64,000 nucleotides of DNA from Amoebidium appalachense (taxonomy: Eukaryota; Protista; Ichthyosporea). A model generated the notes under the pieces. The model searched no databases. It saw nothing but the letters and a program-made list of their open reading frames with translations, and was not told the DNA's origin. This document shows, in pieces, positions 61,126 through 64,000 of this stretch. Each line of letters starts with the position of its first letter. The first letter of the stretch is position 1. Position numbers and translations under genes: made by a program. Location of the stretch: contig CAVNZM010000001.1 in assembly GCA_963693365.1 (NCBI GenBank), positions 11,930,161 to 11,994,160 on the forward strand. The letters run 5' to 3'.

Positions 61126-61175
61126 TGACGTCATAGCGATTTTGGCGCGCAAGTATCTGAACGGCCGCCATCTTT
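61126..61175. promoter_or_regulatory. Cluster of CRE-, E2F- and YY1-type motifs ~480 bp upstream of the PRP40 ATG
   Basis: TGACGTCA (61126-61133), TTTTGGCGCGC (61140-61150) and GCCGCCATCTTT (61164-61175) lie within 50 bp of repeat-free DNA. Confidence 0.45.
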
Positions 61176-61910
61176 GATCTTTATCCAAGAAAGGAGACGA
61201 GAGAGAGCGAAGGGATACTGGCGAAGGTACTTCATGTTGTAAACGGGAATTCGCTCATATAAGTAGAGGAGGGCAGAGAAATAAGAGTATTCCTCCTTCG
61301 TCAAAGTTTTGGCTATGTGTCCCTTCCAGAGATTAGGTTGAAGCGGGTGCAGTTGTTATGAAGGGATCAAGCCTTTGGACAAGCCTACCAAACGCAAGTG
61401 ATATGTTTGTCAGTGTTTATGACAGCATATTATACTGGAGGAGCAGCGTTGTTAGATGGTTAGCTGTATATTAAGTCGAGATATACGATAAAGCCTTGCC
61501 GTACTTTAAAAAACCACTGTTTTTTGTGGAAGAACGGACCCTATTCGGTGGCGACATCCTTTTGCCAAAGGGGTCGGAACAAACAGGTAGGGGTTCGTCT
61601 CACTAATATGTTGAGCTGATTGCAGGTGTTGTGTTCTAGCACGATGGGTAACATGCTCTCTACACATACCCTCGATAATGTCCGCATTTAAGCGAGGCAT
61701 CGGGCTGGCTTTCTCTTTTTTCGTTGTGTGTGCTACACGAGAGTTGTTGCCCTTCTTGTCCATAGACTAGTCAAAAGTGCTTCTTTTTGGCCGGTTTCGA
61801 GGGTATCATCTTCATTTTTTGAGGCGCTCTTTACTCGTGCAACAGATGCTTGCGTACATCACCTGCTGCTAAGAGCTTGCTGTTGTCGGCCTCAAGGATG
61901 GTGTGTGTGT

Positions 61911-61941
<31 letters not shown>

Positions 61942-62819
61942 GGGGGGGGGATAGAGAAATAAGGGAGAGGGAAGCGATTGGGCGAGTGTGTGTGTGGAAA
62001 AACAGAGAGGGGGAAAGGTGGGGGGAGGGGGGAGTATGTGTGTGTGTGTGTGTGTGTGTGGGCGTGTGTGGGCGTGCATGAGAGAGAGAGGGGGGCGAAG
62101 TGAGGGAGGGAGAGAGAGAGAGAGGGAGAGAGGGAGGGAAAGTGAGAGAGGGAGGGAGAGCGAAAGAGATAGGGACAGTGAGAGGTGTCGATGGTGTAGT
62201 GGTGGTGGTCGTTTTTTTTTGTTTTTTTTTTTTGGGGGGGGGGGTGGGGGGGGGGAATAGCCTACATCAGAGCGCATGTCTGTTCGTTTGCACATCTCCT
62301 AGCTTCACGTTACACAAAATAAGATAGCCCACAAACGAGAGAGGTTGTATGCACACAAACGGTTGCACATACACGGACACACATCCACACACGCATGTGC
62401 ACGCACACTCACCAATACAGGTGGATACGCGCGCGCACGCACACACACGGTGTGGCACACACGCACGCCTGCCCATGTCTACCACTCTGTGTGTGCAACA
62501 TACATACAGACAGCGCCTAAGTTAAAAGTATGATATCCGGAATATATATGCATCAAATACACAAATATCCACATGCACCACACACGCTCATGTATGCACT
62601 CACGCAGGCACACACACACATGCACGCATGCACATATATGCACGCAGACACACATACACACATACACACATCCCCCCCTCCCCCCTTCCCCCGCCTCCCC
62701 CCAAGCACATAAACACCCCGCCCATACACGGGCGCTTTCGACGGCGCACACAAACACAGACAGCCACACACATTCCTACACAATCACAAACACACATACA
62801 CATGCACACACACAGACAC

Positions 62820-62853
<34 letters not shown>

Positions 62854-63004
62854 GTACACGTTAGAGAAAGACAGAGAGAGAAAGCGTGTGTTTGTGCAGG
62901 AACGTGTGCGCACCTGTGGGTACGTGTGCGCCTGTGTGGGTACGGATGTGTCTCTCTGTGTGTGTGTCCGTGTATGTGTGTGTGTGTGTCGTGTGTGTTT
63001 GTTT

Positions 63005-63035
<31 letters not shown>

Positions 63036-63399
63036 GGATTGTGTGTGGTGTGTGTGTGTTGATGTGTGTGTACCTGTGTGTATTAGGGGAGGGGGGGGGG
63101 GTGGGGGGGGGGGGGGTGAGGTGGGGGATGCAGGGTTTGATGCCAAGCATCCAGTATCGACATACACCCTGCTCGCCTGCTCCCAAACTTTTTACAAGAC
63201 ACACACACACATGGAGTGTCACCATATTTACCTGCTGTATCTTCTCCGTGTCATAGTCAAGACCATCTAAAGTCTCTTCAACACTTTCTTTCGTGAATCA
63301 TACCCTACTAACCAGCGTAAACAACTTCGCAGGAAAGTAAATATCACGTGTGTGATCACCACTATCAACATTTTGCATGGCAACGCACATGTCCAAAAA

Positions 63400-63970
63400 A
63401 TGGACGAGTCAGAAGATCCAAACACCTTTTCCGGTGTCGAAGAGGAACGAGGGGTCGAAAATTCGCTTATAGACAAAAATATGGACGGGGAACCCCCCCT
63501 GCCAGTTCCCCTTGGCACCGAAGTTTTTATGCAAATTCCTGAGCGGATGGGCATGGGTCGAAGCTTTCTCTCCGAGCTGTCTGATAGCGAAGTTCACGTT
63601 GATGCGGTTGCGGAGACGCCGGAAGGCGGGGAGGAGGAACATGGGGTAGGCGAACAGGGGGAGAGCGTGGAGGTGGGCAGAGGGGAGGAGGAGGGGGAGG
63701 GAGTGGGAGTGGGAGTGGGGGTGGAGGGAGAGGGGCAGGAGGAGGTGGGGGCTCATGGGGAAGGTACAGTGGAGGGAGAGGGAGAGGGGGGAGAGTTTGA
63801 GCCTGATTTACCGCACGAAGAGGAAGTTGAAGAGGAAAGATCGCCCGAGTATGAGGGCGGGGCGGTGGTGATTGGTGGGGAGAAAAACGCGGATTCTCAG
63901 CCGGAGCAGGAGGCGAACGTACAGGCGGGTGAGGACGGGAATGAGGAGGGGGCGAGGACTGAGTCTGCTG
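63400..63970 (+). CDS. Probable first coding exon of an unidentified gene (acidic, Glu/Gly-rich, likely disordered); continues beyond the window
   Basis: AAAAATGG start; 190 open codons MDESEDPNTFSGVEEERG...ARTESA; donor G|GTATGT at 63971. Confidence 0.65.
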
Positions 63971-64000
63971 GTATGTGTATCCCTGATGCAACGGTGTAAA

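Overview
This is eukaryotic genomic DNA, not prokaryotic: it has GT/GC-AG introns, a eukaryotic SECIS element, a tRNA-Thr(AGT), and introns/intergenic DNA packed with poly-G/poly-C runs and (CA)n, (CT)n and (GTGC)n microsatellites. Most short ORFs in the six-frame track are repeat artefacts. The organism cannot be identified from this window; a unicellular eukaryote is plausible. Genes reconstructed by hand, left to right: the 3' end of an unknown gene; selenoprotein W (in-frame UGA in CGAU, SECIS in a separate 3'-UTR exon 2 kb away); an intronless condensation/alcohol-acetyltransferase-like acyltransferase; an intronless VIT-vWA (VWA5A-like) protein carrying an isolated Ras switch-I motif; a 3-exon two-repeat protein of unknown function; a 3-exon type II membrane glycosyltransferase-like protein; a box C/D snoRNA candidate; tRNA-Thr; a 23-coding-exon PRP40 (WW/FF) gene; and the acidic first exon of another gene. 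Mobile and repeat DNA includes a tRNA-headed SINE with a LINE-like CCHC tail, a foldback/MITE-like element filled with 20-bp palindromic units, a duplication-with-inversion, and at least three dispersed repeat families. Three genes each have a single-base frameshift, most likely assembly indels. No CRISPR array or prokaryotic-type system was found. All models are manual and need RNA-seq and homology confirmation.
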